This document shows, in pieces, positions 28,176 through 41,348 of a DNA stretch of 64,000 nucleotides. The notes under the pieces were generated by a model. The model ran no database searches and was not told the DNA's origin. It saw nothing but the letters and a program-made list of their open reading frames with translations. A program made the translations under genes and the position numbers. Numbering within the stretch: position 1 is the stretch's first letter; every line of letters starts with the position of its first letter. This DNA is from Nitrospirota bacterium. Lineage in GTDB: Bacteria > Nitrospirota > UBA9217. The stretch spans positions 864,001 through 928,000 of the forward strand of contig CAWFSF010000006.1 of NCBI GenBank assembly GCA_963818475.1, given 5' to 3'.

Positions 28176-31100
28176 ATGTTCAGGCACGGAAAATCGAGAA
28201 TACTTGCGGTGGCAGCAGTTGCGGTCATGAGCGCGGTAATCTCCGTCACGGTCTTGGGTTCATCACCCTCGCCGGTGACGGTCAAGCTCACGCCTTCCCT
28301 GGTGTCGGTCGACACCTCGGCGTTGGCGCCGAAGCTGGCCCAGGCCGAAATGGACGCAGTCTGGCATCTCTTCGATCGGGACACGGACGCCGCCTACATC
28401 CCGATGGAAACGGCCCGGGTAACGGTAAACCTGCCGCAGTCGTCTGCCCTAAGCCAAGTCCGTGTTTATGGCGCGTCCTCGTATCAACTCAACCTGTACC
28501 GTGATAATAACGGCGCATGGGAGCCTGTGCCCTCCCTGACCGGCGTTGATCTCACGGTTCTGGGTGCGGCCTGGAACAGGTTGAATATCACGGAACCCTT
28601 TTCCACATCCCAGCTTTTGTTCGAATTCGTTCCGCAGGGGAACGTAACCGCCGGCCTGCGTGAGGTCGAGATCTGGGGTCCTGAGGCAGCGTCCGGGGAC
28701 AAGAGTTGGGAGTATGTGACGCTCGAAGGTATCCGTACACCTCAGGACATGGTCAATATACTAGCCCGCCCGGCTTCCCATATTCTGGAGTTCTCGGCCG
28801 CTCCCTCTGAATTGTCCGTACCCGAAGGAGGAACATCAGCCGTCGCCATCGGTCTCATTCAGAATCCCGCGTTGTTCAAACGCGCCTATATCCTCTATGA
28901 CGGCTACAATCTGGTCAGTTCGGTGAGCATCCAGCGCAGGATCAACAGCTTATCGTGGACCGGCGGTTTCGCGATTTCTCAGCCCGCGGACACCGTGCCT
29001 TCCTGGTCCTCTTACCTTGAAGAAATAAACCCGGCCTGGCTCGTTCAAGGAGAAAACAGGATCGAATTCCGGACAGCGAGCGGCACAGCAACCATCCGCG
29101 GTCTCAGGCTCATTGTCGAAACCGACAGCGGATGGAACCTCGTTTCAGCAGTAAGTGCAGCGGCTGTATATGACGGAGACACTTCGACTGCGTATACCAT
29201 TGCCGCGTCAGCAACCGACCCGTCGATTCAACTAAGTTTCGAACGCACGGTCCAGCCTGACATCCTGAAACTTCATAGCGCAGGTCCGATGAATCTGACC
29301 GCAGGACTGCAGTATCTGAACGGAGCAACGTGGCAGGATGTGAAAGCAGGCTGGCAGCTCAATCTTTCTACTCTCAAAGCCGGCTGGAACGATATAACTA
29401 TTCCCGGCAAGGTGACGACGCAGGCCCTTCGGTTGGTGTTTAATACAGCAAGCCTCAAGATAAAGCCCGGTGTGGGCCTCGGTGCGATCAACGAAGTGCG
29501 GGTGTCCGCGGCCCCTGTCGGCCCTGTCCCGGCTACTCCCCGGATCGTGATCAGCTATCCGCGCAACGGAGAATATTTCGGACGGACCGCATATATCCAA
29601 GGCTTTGCAACGCCCGCAGTTGATACGGCCGGTAATTCCGCCCGGTGCAGTGTCGAAGGCAAGGACGGCCAGCGAACGGTGCCGGACGGGTCTTTCAGCC
29701 TCTCCCTTACCAAGGACGAAACGCATTTCTACGACCAGGCGGACAACGATCCGTGGCAGCCGGTGGCGCAGTCGACATACGACGGCCAGATAGGCGCCAT
29801 GCAGAACATAGTCCTGAATAAAAATTCAGGGGTCCAGACAGATCCCGACCCAAACGGCGAGAGCAGGAAAAACGCGCCCTTTACCGATAACAGGGACCAT
29901 CACACGGAAAAAGTATCGCCCGGCCAGGCAAAGAAGATCCAGTACGGGGGCGTGACCCTCGACATTCCGCAGGGCGCAGTTGATCAGGACACGGACATTA
30001 CGATCGTTCCGTTGAATGAAACGGATCTTGCCCATTACGATCCGGGCATGATCAACGTCACCTATCCGGCAGCCGGTTACCGCTTCCTGCCTCACGGCAT
30101 GAAGTTCAAGAAGCCGATCAACATTTCGTTCGGATACGCGAAGCAGCTCTTTGTGGCAGGCCAGACCGACAACGACGTCAACATGTATTATTACGACGAG
30201 ACGCTGCTGCGATGGCAGCAGCTGAACCGCGTAAAAGCAGACCCGGCTACGTCCCAGGTCACGGCCCTGTCCGATCATTTTACCGACATCATCAACTCCA
30301 CCCTCGTGGTGCCCGAGCATCCGCAGGCATTGTCGTTCAACCCGAACTCGATCAAGGACATCAAGGCGGCCGATCCGACCGCCAATGTGAACCTCATCGA
30401 ACCGCCCCAGGCAAACAGCAGAGGCACGGCCAACCTGAGCTACCCCATCGAGGTGCCGCAGGGACGCAATAAGCTTCAGCCCAACCTTGCCGTTCAGTAC
30501 AACTCCTCGGGCGGAAACGGCTGGATGGGCATGGGCTGGGACCTCCCGATGCAGGCGATCACGGTCGATACCCGCTGGGGCGTCCCGCGCTACAGCTCGA
30601 GCAAGGAGACCGAGACCTATACAATCGACGGGGAACAGCTTTCGCCGGCCGCCCACCGCGGGCCCTTTGTAGATCGTGTCCTCGCGCAAAGAATTTTCCA
30701 TACCCGGGTGGAAGGTCAGTTCCGCAAGATCATCCGGCACGGGAGCTCTCCGTCCAGTTACTGGTGGGAGGTCATCGACAAGAACGGCACGCGCTATCTT
30801 TACGGCGGAACGAATGGTCCGACAACTGACGCCACTCTTAGAGACGAAAACGAAAATATTTTTATGTGGACACTCCGTGAAGTCCGGGACACGAACAACA
30901 ACTTCATACGCTATTATTATGCTCACGTGAAAGACCCCGGTTTTCCGGGCGGTCTCCCGGGGGAGAATCTCTACCTCCAGGGCATAACCTATACCGGCAA
31001 CGGGACAAAGGAAGGCCCCTACACCGTCACCTTCACGCGCGACCAGACGCGGATAGACAAACAGAGTGATGCGCGCGGCGGGTTCAAGCGAGTGACCGGC

Positions 31101-34100
31101 GATCTTCTGACCAAGATCGAAATCTATCTCGGCGGCACATACCAGGACGGCGAGGTGAAGGGCGGCAACTTCATCCGGAGCTACGAATTCGACTACAATC
31201 ACAACGCCTATGGCGACGGCAGTGAGGGCACGGCTTTTTATAAAACGCTCCTGACATCGATCAGTCAGTACGGAGCGAAGCACGGTCTCTTCAATAAGCA
31301 CGAGTTCACCTATTATGATGACGCGCGTAAACTCGATGGAACGTACAAGGGTTTTGCATCGACCGGATGGGATGCCAGGGGAAGCGGTACTATCACTGCC
31401 GGAGGGATTCCCGGGACCTGGGGCGCTGCGAGCGCGCTCGGCGGTGACACGAGCAACGGCGGGGGAGGTCATTTTCATCTTGGCCTCGGTATCGATACAG
31501 ACACAAGCACTAAAAATGTGACTATTGGTTTCAAAATCGGCTTCAACCAGACCGAAGGCGATGCGTTGGTCGCGATGGTGGACATAGACGGCGACGGTCT
31601 GCCCGACAAGGTGTACAACAATGGCGGCTATTTTTATCAGAAGAATATGTCCGGTCCGCATGGACCCGGCGCCAAGTTCGGTCCTCCTGTCTCGATCGGA
31701 ATCCCGGGTATCTCCCATCAGAGTGTGACCTCCACGACGTGGGGTGCTGAACTCTATATCTATGTGCCGATGATGTACGATCAGAACAGGGCCGAGACCG
31801 AGAACGATACTTACTTAATGGATGTGAACGGAGATGGACTTATCGACGTGGTGAAGGGGGGCATGGTTTACTTCAATCACATCGTGAATGAAGTTCCCGT
31901 TTTCGAATGGAACAGCGTGGCAACGCCGGTTCCGATCGGCAAAAGCGTGATCGACACAAATGGCCTCCTGCCGGACCGCAGTGCCGAGGAAGCCGAGCGT
32001 GAGGAAAAATTCCCGCTTCTCGATACGGTACGCCGCTGGGTGGCACCTTACGACGGCACCGTGAAAATCGATGCCCCGGTGACTCTTATCAAGGACCCCA
32101 AGAAAAAACCGGACTATAAGGACGATGGCGTACAGGTCGCGATACAGCTGGAAGGAGCGGAATTGTGGTCCACGCAGACGATCTCGGTAGAGCCCACAGA
32201 TCCGAGGTCCGCGCGGATCCTTGCCAACGACTACGATACAGTGCATACGCCGGTCGGGGTGGACAGCGTTCCGGTCCATCGCGGAGACCGGCTCTACTTC
32301 CGGGTGCAATCCGTGTACAACGGCCTCTATGATCAGGTCTCGTGGGACCCCATAATCACCTATCTTGCTGGTGACACGGCCCGCACGGACGCGAACGGTC
32401 TTACCGAGTATGTCTATCAGGCCTCGAAGGAGTTCACGCTTGCAGGCCGCCGGGGCAAGCTCACGATGCCGATTACCGGCACCGTGCACCTGGGCGGAGA
32501 ATTGAAGAAGACTAAAACGACCTCGGATGACGTTTCGATCTCGATCACGCAGAACGGAACAGAAGTGTACAGAAACACTGTCCCCTGGGACGAGACCGGC
32601 ACCTTCAACGTCTCCCAGGATATTAGCGTTAAGCAGAAAGACGAACTCGTGTGGCGCGTCCTGGCCGATTCGCAGGTCGATGCGCAGTTCGATGCCTCGA
32701 ATGTAACATTCAAACCTAGCATGTACTATAGCGCGGCCGACGGATATGATACGGTAACTGATAATGACGGCAAGCCGTTCATCAGTATCGATCCGCCCTA
32801 TGAGATGGACCTCTATCCGGTCAACACGCTTACCGCCCCGCAGGAGTTCCTCGTAACCGCGGCGACCGGGACCCTGATCGCCGTGCCTTCTCTTGAAATT
32901 AATTCCTCAATCGCTGTTCCCAGGGAGGTGGCCTTTACTGCGAAGCGCACAGGTGCATTGCTCGGGAAGGGGATCATCACGATCACCAGGGATGTTGATG
33001 GCAATCTTGTCGTTTCAGCCCCGACGCTTACATTTACTGTCGATCAGGGCGATAAGCTTTTCTTTGATTTCAGCACGCGCGACCTGACCCTTGCCGCCCA
33101 GGTAATATCGAGCAGCGTCGCCGTACATGATGAAAAGGGCAACTTTATTGATGCTCCGAGCGCCTTCCACAGCGCTGCTGCGGAAGATGTTTTCCCGGTT
33201 CCGTTCCGAGGTTGGGGCGTCGTCGGATATAACGGCAACAAGCCGCGCGACACTCAACCGATCGACCAGTCTCTCCTGGTGTTGAACGACTCTTACGATG
33301 TGAACAACGCTCGGGTCTATCCTTTCAGGCCGGTTCCTGTAGACGAAGCCTGGGGCGGGATCGACAAGAGCGCCTGGATCAAGAAAGGTGTGGTCAGCTC
33401 CTCGCGACTGGGCCTCAAAGAGATACCGTTGCTGCATTCCGATAAATTTAGCTCTTCCACAGCACCTTCGCGCATCTCGAAATCCACCAATGATTCCGGG
33501 TCGCTCATTGTCAGCGCCAGCAAAGGCCAGAGCGAAAGCCTGGTCGACTTCCAGGACATGAACGGTGATGCCTACCCCGACGTGATCGGTGGCGGCGGCG
33601 TTCAGTATACAGCGCCGACCGGAGAACTCAACGGCGGCGCGAGCGGAGGGCTCGGCTCTGCCCGGTTAAGCCGCAACGAGAGCTTCAATGTGAGACACCG
33701 ATGCGGCAGGCAACATCGCGACGTCGATTGCTAACGGCAAGGGTAACGTAGCGGCCAGCGGACAAGCCTCTGCGGGCGGCGGCTCGCAGGGCACCGACAT
33801 GCCGAGGATCGGCATGAGCGCCAACAAGGGCAACGGCACCTCAGATACCGAATACGACCTTATCGACGTCAACGGTGACGGTCTGCCGGACAAGGTGTTC
33901 AAGGGCGGCACGGTCATGCTGAACCTGGGTTACCAATTCAAGGGAGACCGGGGAGGCGTGGGAGCCGTCAACAGCGGCAGCACGGACAACGGCGGCGTAA
34001 GCATGGGTTTCCAGACCGACTGGTACAGCATGGGCGGCGGCATGAATGTCGGGCTGGACAACACGGTAAGCAGTGAAACCTACGCCGATATCAACGGCGA

Positions 34101-37100
34101 CGGGCTTCCTGACAAACTTAGTCCGGGCCTCGTGATGCTCAACACTGGCAGCGGATACAAGGCCATAACCTGGCCTGGTCTCGGCGAAGTGGCGCGTGAT
34201 GAGCACGTCTCCTATGGCGGCGGCGTCTACTTCACGTTTGGATTCACCATCTACGACATCATCAAGATCACGTTCAATATCGGCGTGAATATGACGAACA
34301 ATATTGGACGTCCCGAAGTGGCCTTCCGCGACATTGATGGCGACGGATATGTCGATCAACTGACCTCTACTTCAGCCGAACAATTATCAGTGGGTCGAAA
34401 TCAGATCGGCCGCACCAATATCCTTAAAACCGTGAAACGTCCGCTCGGCGGCAGCATCAGCGATCGAATACACGCGCGACGGCAATACCTATGACATGCC
34501 CCAGAGTCAGTGGACCCTTACGAAGTCGACCCTGACCGACGGCAGGAAGAACACGTACGAGACAGAGTTCGCATACAAAAACGGGTACAAGGACCGTTTT
34601 GAACGGGACTTCTACGGCTTCGAGACCGTGATCGAGAAACATGCGCCCGGTAAGTTCGACGTTTATAATAAATCGATCGAGCGCTGGATCGTGCAGACCT
34701 TCAATAATCGCGACTTCTATTTGAAGGGACTTCTGCTGGATTCGAGGACTACCGACAAGAACATGACGCATATCTGGGCCAGGACCGTCAACGAGTATAC
34801 GCTCATGCCTGTAGCGGGCTTCGACTACACTCAGTTCCCCGCCCTTTCCAGGACGGACACTTACTTCTATGACGGCAATGACAGCTCCAGCGCGAAAGAA
34901 GATGGCTTCAAGAAGAGTACCTACCAGAGGTTTGATTATGATCTCTTCGGGAATGTCAGCAAGTTCTGGGATTTCGGGGAGTTTTATCCGACGAACGATA
35001 TAACCGACGATATGCGCGCAGACATTGATTACTACAACGACCCGATCAAATACATCATCAAACCGCGGGAGATCAAGGTCTACGGAACCGCGAACAACAG
35101 ATCTCTTCGCTGGAGAACCTCAGGCTACGATGCAGCGGGCAATATGACAAGTCTCACGCTCCATAATACCGGTACGCCAGCGTCTGTCTCTACCATGTCC
35201 TATGATGATTACGGCAACATTCAGACCATCATAGATCCAGTTAATTACGCACTTACCTACAGCTACGATCAGACGACGTCAACGTATGTAACCGGCATCA
35301 TCGACAACTTTGCGACACCCTATTATTCCTCTGCCTCCTATAACCCGCTTTACGGGCAGATGCAGACGTCCGTTGACCTGAACATGAACATGGAGGCGAG
35401 GGGATACGACGAGTTCGGCAGGCTGATCTGCGTGTACGGACCGTATGATACGGTTCCTGTAGATCCCAACTCGTGCTCAGGCTCTCCGACCATAACCTTT
35501 GCTTACACGGCGCCTTTGGTCGCTTCGGATAATGACCTGAACGCTCCGGTCCATGCGGTTACGGTCAATAAGGCAATCTCGGCTAAGGGCACGAGCCCGA
35601 TCAACATCAAGACTGTCACGTACGCGGACGGCTTGAAACGCATCATTCAGACCAAGAAGGATGCAGATGTGTACGATGTAACGACAGGTCAGCCTGCCTA
35701 CGGTATGACCATCTCTGGTCTCGTCGCCTTCGACGAACTTGGCCGTGTTACGAGCCAGGGCCAGCCTGAATTCGAAGCTGGCTTCAATGAGGCATTCTCG
35801 GAGCTCGCAGCAACGAACCCGACATACTTCTCCTACGATATTCTCGATCGGACAACGCAGCTGCTTACACCTGATGACAAGGGGGACACGGACAGCGCCC
35901 GACCGGGCAAGTTCGCAAAAATAACGACCACGTATACGTTCGACTATTTCAACGGTAACCTCTACGCCAAGAGTGTTGTTGTAGATCCCGAAGGCAACCA
36001 TGTAATGGGCGCAAATTTCAGAGGCACCAAGGAAAGCTACCAGGACGTGGATGACCGGATCGTCGGCGTGGTCGAGTACAACAACGGCCATCTCATCAAC
36101 ACCGCTTACACCTACGATCCGCTTGGTCAGATCACCTCAGTAACGGACAACAAAGGCAATACCACCACAGTTGCCTATGACCAGGTCGGCAACAGGACTG
36201 AGATCAACAACCCGGATGCCGGCAAGACCACATACGGTTATGACGCTAACGGCAACATGACGAGCAAGCAGAACGGAAATAGCCAGAACATAGCGTACAA
36301 GTACACCTTCAACCGGTTAACTGACATAACGTACCCGCAAAGCACGACGGTGCATTATGACTACGGCCAAATGAATGAAGCCTTTAATCGCGCTGCAAGG
36401 ATCAAGCAGGTCACCGACGAGTCAGGCACCGAGTGGCGGTACTACGGCAGACTGGGCGAGACAATTCGTGAAGAGAAGATGGTGAATGCCCATACCCCGG
36501 CCGTGCAGAAGAAGAAGTATACCACTGACTACGTCTTCGACTCCTTCGGCAGAATGTGGGAGATGACCTATCCCGACGGCGAAACGCTGCACTACGCCTA
36601 CGACAAGGGCGGTCTGCTCAAGGCTGCCTGGGGCGAGAAGACGAGCAACAGGTATAACTATGTGAACAATCTCTACTATGACAAGTTTGCCCAGAGGGTC
36701 TATATCGAGTATGGGAACAAGACGAAAACAATCTACACCTACAACGACAAGACCAGAAGACTGGCAACACTCGACACGAATCTCAAGGGCGGGCAGTACA
36801 TACAGAAGCTGGGCTACACCTACGACCTTGTCGGCAACGTCAAAACTCTGCTGAACAACATCGCCATACCCACGAGCACTGCGCTCCCGGCAGGCCCTGT
36901 TCATCAAGAGTTTCTCTATGATGATCTTTACCAGATTACGAATGCAGAGGGTGGCTACACGTACAATGAGCACCCGAGGACTTCTGATGGCAAAACTACT
37001 ATCAGTCCGAATAAGTGGAATAATTATCACAACGATTTCACTTATGACACTATCGGCAACATGACCCAGAAGGTCCAGGTCAACCAGATCATTCAGCCGT

Positions 37101-38659
37101 CGACTACCGCGCTCCTTCCGAAGAAGACGAACTACGTGCTCAACTATGCTTATGATGCGAGCAAGCCGCATGCCGTGATTGACGATGGAGCAAAAACGTA
37201 CTCCTACGATCCGGCAGGCAACATGACCGGCTGGCAGGACAAGAACTCGGGCCAGAAGCGGACGATCAAATGGAACGAAGAGAACAGAGTTAAGGAGATC
37301 GACGACAACGGCAAGGCCACGTACTTCCTTTATGATGACGCCGGTGAACGCGTCGCCAAGAGAGGCCAGTACGGCGAGACGATCTATATCAACCGGTTCT
37401 ATGCAATAAAGAACGGAGAACTCGGAACCAAGCACGTTTTCGCCGGCGAGACGAGAGTGCTTTCGAAGGTGGTAAAGACACCGCCTACGACAACGGCAAA
37501 CAGCTCGACAACTACATCCACAACCTCGAATGTGACTTCAAGCACGACATCGACAATACCCGGCATAAACGGGTTAGACAACGGCAGGGGTAAGAAGCTC
37601 GGTATCATCAAGCGCCTGGGAGACGGTTATGTGTCAGGCATCACCCAGCCAGTCGAGAAAGATGAGTTCTATTACCATACAGACCATCTCGGCTCGAGCA
37701 ACATGATCACTGACGCATATGGCGATGTGTATCAGCATCTCGAGAACTTCCCGTATGGTGAGAGCTGGATCGAGGAAGGTGGCAGCCATGGTGGTAATCT
37801 GCCGGGATACAAGTTCACCGGCAAGGAGCTTGATCCGGAGACTAATCTGTACTATTATGGTGCACGGTACTATGATCCAGTCTTGAGCAAGTGGATTAGT
37901 GCGGATCCGATATTGGGAAAATATCTCAATGGTAAAGGAGAGAACTCGATTTATCAACCCGAAGTCCTGGCCCTCTTTAGTTATGCGCACCTTAACCCTA
38001 TAAAACTGATTGATCCAGATGGCAATGAACCTAATAACGCACAAGCTATTACGTGGCAACAAGCCAGGCAAATTATAATAAGCAATTCGCGAACTACAGG
38101 AAAAACAATAACACTTCAAAATCTTCTATATCTTCAAGGTGCTCGCGGCGGGAAAAAAGTCGGTCCTTTCGGTGGCGATCGCGGTGGTCGGTATGTTTGG
38201 ACTGCAAAACGAGGCTGGATGGATCTCGGTCATTTCTTTCAAGTGGCAGGAAAGGCTCAGGAAAAATTGGGATCAGCTGGGCGATTGACTGCAAAATGGA
38301 CATATCAAGGTAGGGCTGCTTTCGAAGCTGGACTTTTTGCAATGACCAGTTATGCTGAGAACAAGGATAAGGGGACAGCATCTTATAATTCCTATGAAGA
38401 TCGTCCGAGTAATAGAGCGGGAGCTGACTTTTTCTTGGGGTATTATGAGGGTGGACGGGGAAAGGAGTTACTGAAAAATCTGGACAAATTCTTCGAAGAT
38501 GCTGGAGCTGGTAGGCCTCAAGATGCAGCAAATTGGAAAAAGATGCAGGCAAGCCCTCGAACGAAACAATGGTTTGAGCAGAATGATTCGTATACGCCTA
38601 TGCTTAACCCGAGGCGAATGAATCCTCCCGTTTATCCACCAGATAAAGGAGGCCAATAA
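28176..38659 (+). CDS. Giant SpvB/TcdB-like FG-GAP and Rhs toxin (~3,490 aa), split by two +1 frameshifts (~33694, ~34459)
   Basis: Signal peptide, ZU5-like region, SpvB GTANLSYPIEVP..GMGWDL, DxNGDGLPD repeats, YD repeats, YYYGARYYDP, DPDG. Confidence 0.85.
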
Positions 38660-39186
38660 TGAACAAAAAAATTGCAACTGCCATAATTGTAATTATTTCT
38701 TGTAGTCTAGGATTTGTTGCCGGTTACTTCACAAATTCTTTCATTCAGTTTTCTAGATCTTCGGGCATTTCCGAAAAGAGAATGAATGAACTTACTCGCG
38801 GACCATGTGAAGTACGGTTAAGAGGGATAAATGATCCTGTAATTAAATTGTTGCAAAAGGCTTATAATCTGCAAGAGACTGAACACGAAGATCTTGAGAT
38901 TAAGTCGATAAACGAATGCAGGTTTAACTATGTTTTGGAGTCAGATTTCCAAGGCGTTGCTAAAGTAATTTTTTCCCCAAGATCAAAAGGGGTCAATCGA
39001 GTTGAATTTTATAGTCGGAATGACGATTCTTTGTGGACGATGAGCGGGCCTAGTTTTGTTGCTTCCCTCTTTTCTGACGACAAACGGAACTATTTATATG
39101 ACGGATTTCGAGGCCGAATGTACGTAATGGAGAAAAATAATATTTCATCTTTTAAAGAAATCGGACAAGGGGCCCATATTAAGTAA
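38659..39186 (+). CDS. Putative immunity protein with N-terminal membrane anchor
   Basis: Start overlaps the Rhs stop codon; AT-rich. Confidence 0.55.
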   Translation: MNKKIATAIIVIISCSLGFVAGYFTNSFIQFSRSSGISEKRMNELTRGPCEVRLRGINDPVIKLLQKAYNLQETEHEDLEIKSINECRFNYVLESDFQGVAKVIFSPRSKGVNRVEFYSRNDDSLWTMSGPSFVASLFSDDKRNYLYDGFRGRMYVMEKNNISSFKEIGQGAHIK

Positions 39187-39195
39187 GACAATCTT

Positions 39196-39225
39196 GGGGA
39201 CATCCTATAGCCCCCTTGTCAAGTG
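39196..39225 (-). mobile_element. Solo IS110 right-end/target junction
   Basis: 30/30 reverse complement of 6272-6301. Confidence 0.85.
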
Positions 39226-39233
39226 GCAATCTT

Positions 39234-40300
39234 GGGGACGTTGTTACTTACATTGCAAAACACTTGACATCGCCATTAGAAGTCGATAATATTCCTTCAT
39301 GCCGCGTCACGCTCGCTTAGACGCCCCCGGCGCCTTGCACCACATCATGGTCCGGGGGATCGATAAGTCAAACATCTTTCGCGATGCAGAGGACAAAGCC
39401 CGCTTTCTTGAGCGTCTTGGGCAAAACGTTCAGGGCTCCAAATGTTCAATATACGCCTGGGTGCTCATGGACAACCATGTTCACCTGCTATTCCGAAGCG
39501 GCCAAGACGGCATCTCAGCCGTCATGAGAAAACTCCTTACCTGGTACGCCCAATACTTTAACCGCAGGCACGGCCGGAAGGGGCATCTGTTCGAAAACCG
39601 GTACAAATCCATCCTCTGCGACGAAGACAACTATCTCCTTGCCCTTGTCCGCTACATCCATCTTAATCCCGTTCGAGCAAAAATCATCCAGACCATGGCA
39701 GAGATGGACAAATACCCCTGGAGCGGCCATCGTGCCGTGATAGAAAAGGCAAAGTACCCGTGGATGGACACGGCAACAGTATTGTCACAGTTCGGAGGCA
39801 CGAAAAGAAAAGCCAGGAATGAATATCGGCGGTTTATGCAGGAGGGCATGGATCAGGGACACGATCCCCAGTTTTCCGGCGGCGGACTTGTTCGGAGCCT
39901 CGGCGGGTGGTCCAATGTCCTCTCTATGAGACGGAAAGGCCATAAGGAGGAAACGGACGAGCGGATCCTTGGAAGCGGCGATTTCGTACATCAAGTCATA
40001 AAAGAAGCGGAAGAGAAGTCGCTGCGGCAGATGAAACTCAAAAGATCGGGGCTGACCCTGATAAAGATCGTCGAGCAGGAATGTAGAAAAGGGCAGGTCA
40101 GCCGGATGGAACTGGAGAGCGGCAGCCGGCGGTCTAAAGTAAGTCAAGCGCGTGCACAGATCGCACGACGCGGCATGAAAGAGCTCGGCCTTTCGGCCGC
40201 AGAGGTTGCGCGACATCTTGGCGTAGCCACATCAAGCATAACGCGGGCAGTTAATAAAATCGAGATTCGAGATACAATGCAACGTAAGTAACAACGTCCC
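39234..40300 (+). mobile_element. Y1 tyrosine-transposase element with 23-bp terminal inverted repeats
   Basis: gggacgttgttacttacattgca (39235-39257) vs tgcaacgtaagtaacaacgtccc (40278-40300), 22/23. Confidence 0.85.
39299..40291 (+). CDS. RAYT-like HUH/Y1 transposase with C-terminal HTH
   Basis: MPRHAR, HHIMVRG, NHVHLL, GHLFENRYKS, YIHLNP, YPWS. Confidence 0.92.
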   Translation: MPRHARLDAPGALHHIMVRGIDKSNIFRDAEDKARFLERLGQNVQGSKCSIYAWVLMDNHVHLLFRSGQDGISAVMRKLLTWYAQYFNRRHGRKGHLFENRYKSILCDEDNYLLALVRYIHLNPVRAKIIQTMAEMDKYPWSGHRAVIEKAKYPWMDTATVLSQFGGTKRKARNEYRRFMQEGMDQGHDPQFSGGGLVRSLGGWSNVLSMRRKGHKEETDERILGSGDFVHQVIKEAEEKSLRQMKLKRSGLTLIKIVEQECRKGQVSRMELESGSRRSKVSQARAQIARRGMKELGLSAAEVARHLGVATSSITRAVNKIEIRDTMQRK

Positions 40301-40570
40301 GAAAGTTCGCATTGTATGTCGTGTCTATCTGCAGTTAATAATAGAATTTCTAGCTCCGGGGTTTTCTGGCAGCGCTTGGATTCGTAATATCATTGTTTTA
40401 TGTTGGCAGAGCTGCCGAAGCCTTACGGGGCTTTAGTACGTTTCTTTTGTTCGCGTTCCTTGGAATTGCAGTTCTAAGGGCAGTCGGATTGATTTCTGGT
40501 GAGCCAGTTTCGTTCTAGGAAGAAAGAAAAGTAGGGACCCGAACGAGTTCATGCGCCATTCAAGCTACAA

Positions 40571-40593
40571 GGGGTCATTGGGGTCACTTCTTT
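40571..40593 (-). repeat. Hairpin arm AAAGAAGTGACCCC (another empty intron-type site)
   Basis: ggggtcattggggtcacttcttt. Confidence 0.7.
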
Positions 40594-41142
40594 ACGGGTT
40601 GTTGCTCAAATGACTTTTCACAATCGGTTAAGCGCCTTGATGCAAAAAAAGTCTAAGCTAACGATAGGGAAATACCGGTTCTGTCTCTGGGGAAAGCTCA
40701 AACTGAGCGAGCCGGAGGCCTTTACCTCTGTTCTTTGAACAACGAGCTGCCTTGCTGCAGCTGCTTTCTTCGGCTTCGATACATGCGCTATCAGCACTTG
40801 GATATTTTGGATGGCACATTTTACAGTATAGATAAGGAAGCCGATAACGACAACGTATTGAAATTCATTAACACGAAAAGAACAGGATGAAAACGAGGAT
40901 ATGCAAGGAGCGAACTGCGGGATAATGAGACGTTCGCCAGGGCGCAGGGCGGGCGACATGTACGGACCTGGCGGCGGTCCAATGGCAACAGGAAAGGTCA
41001 TAGGTAAAGGACGACGGACTGGAGCCGCGATGTCGACATCGAGTCGCAAACGAGCGGAAGAGAAGTCAGGCGGCACAGGGAACTCGAACAGCGGGGCTGA
41101 CGCGGACAAACTCGACGGAGCGAGGAATGTAGCAAGGCCTCG

Positions 41143-41345
41143 TCAGCCGGCTGCGGGAGGCGAATCCCGACGGTCCAGGTACGTCAGGCCGCTCAGGGAG
41201 CAGACGCTTCTTGAAGGACTCGCATTCGGCCGGCAAAGCCCGCGCCATCGAGCCTTATCAAAACCGTATCGGGTTCCCCTGGCAAAGGAACGCTCCATTA
41301 GATGTTGTCTGGTTTTGATGTCATAACGTGCATTGGCTGATCGAC
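41143..41345 (-). pseudogene. IS1182/IS5-type transposase C-terminal fragment
   Basis: RQHLMERSFARGTRYGFDKARWRGL. Confidence 0.6.
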
Positions 41346-41348
41346 TGA

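Noticed and set aside
29826-31718. Long antisense ORFs (also 12390-13841, 20871-22073, 45768-47270, 53136-54374)
   Set aside because: Shadows of GC-rich genes on the opposite strand with no motifs.
40305-40560. Possible riboswitch or ncRNA after the Y1 element
   Set aside because: No recognisable family motif by eye; an Rfam scan would be needed.
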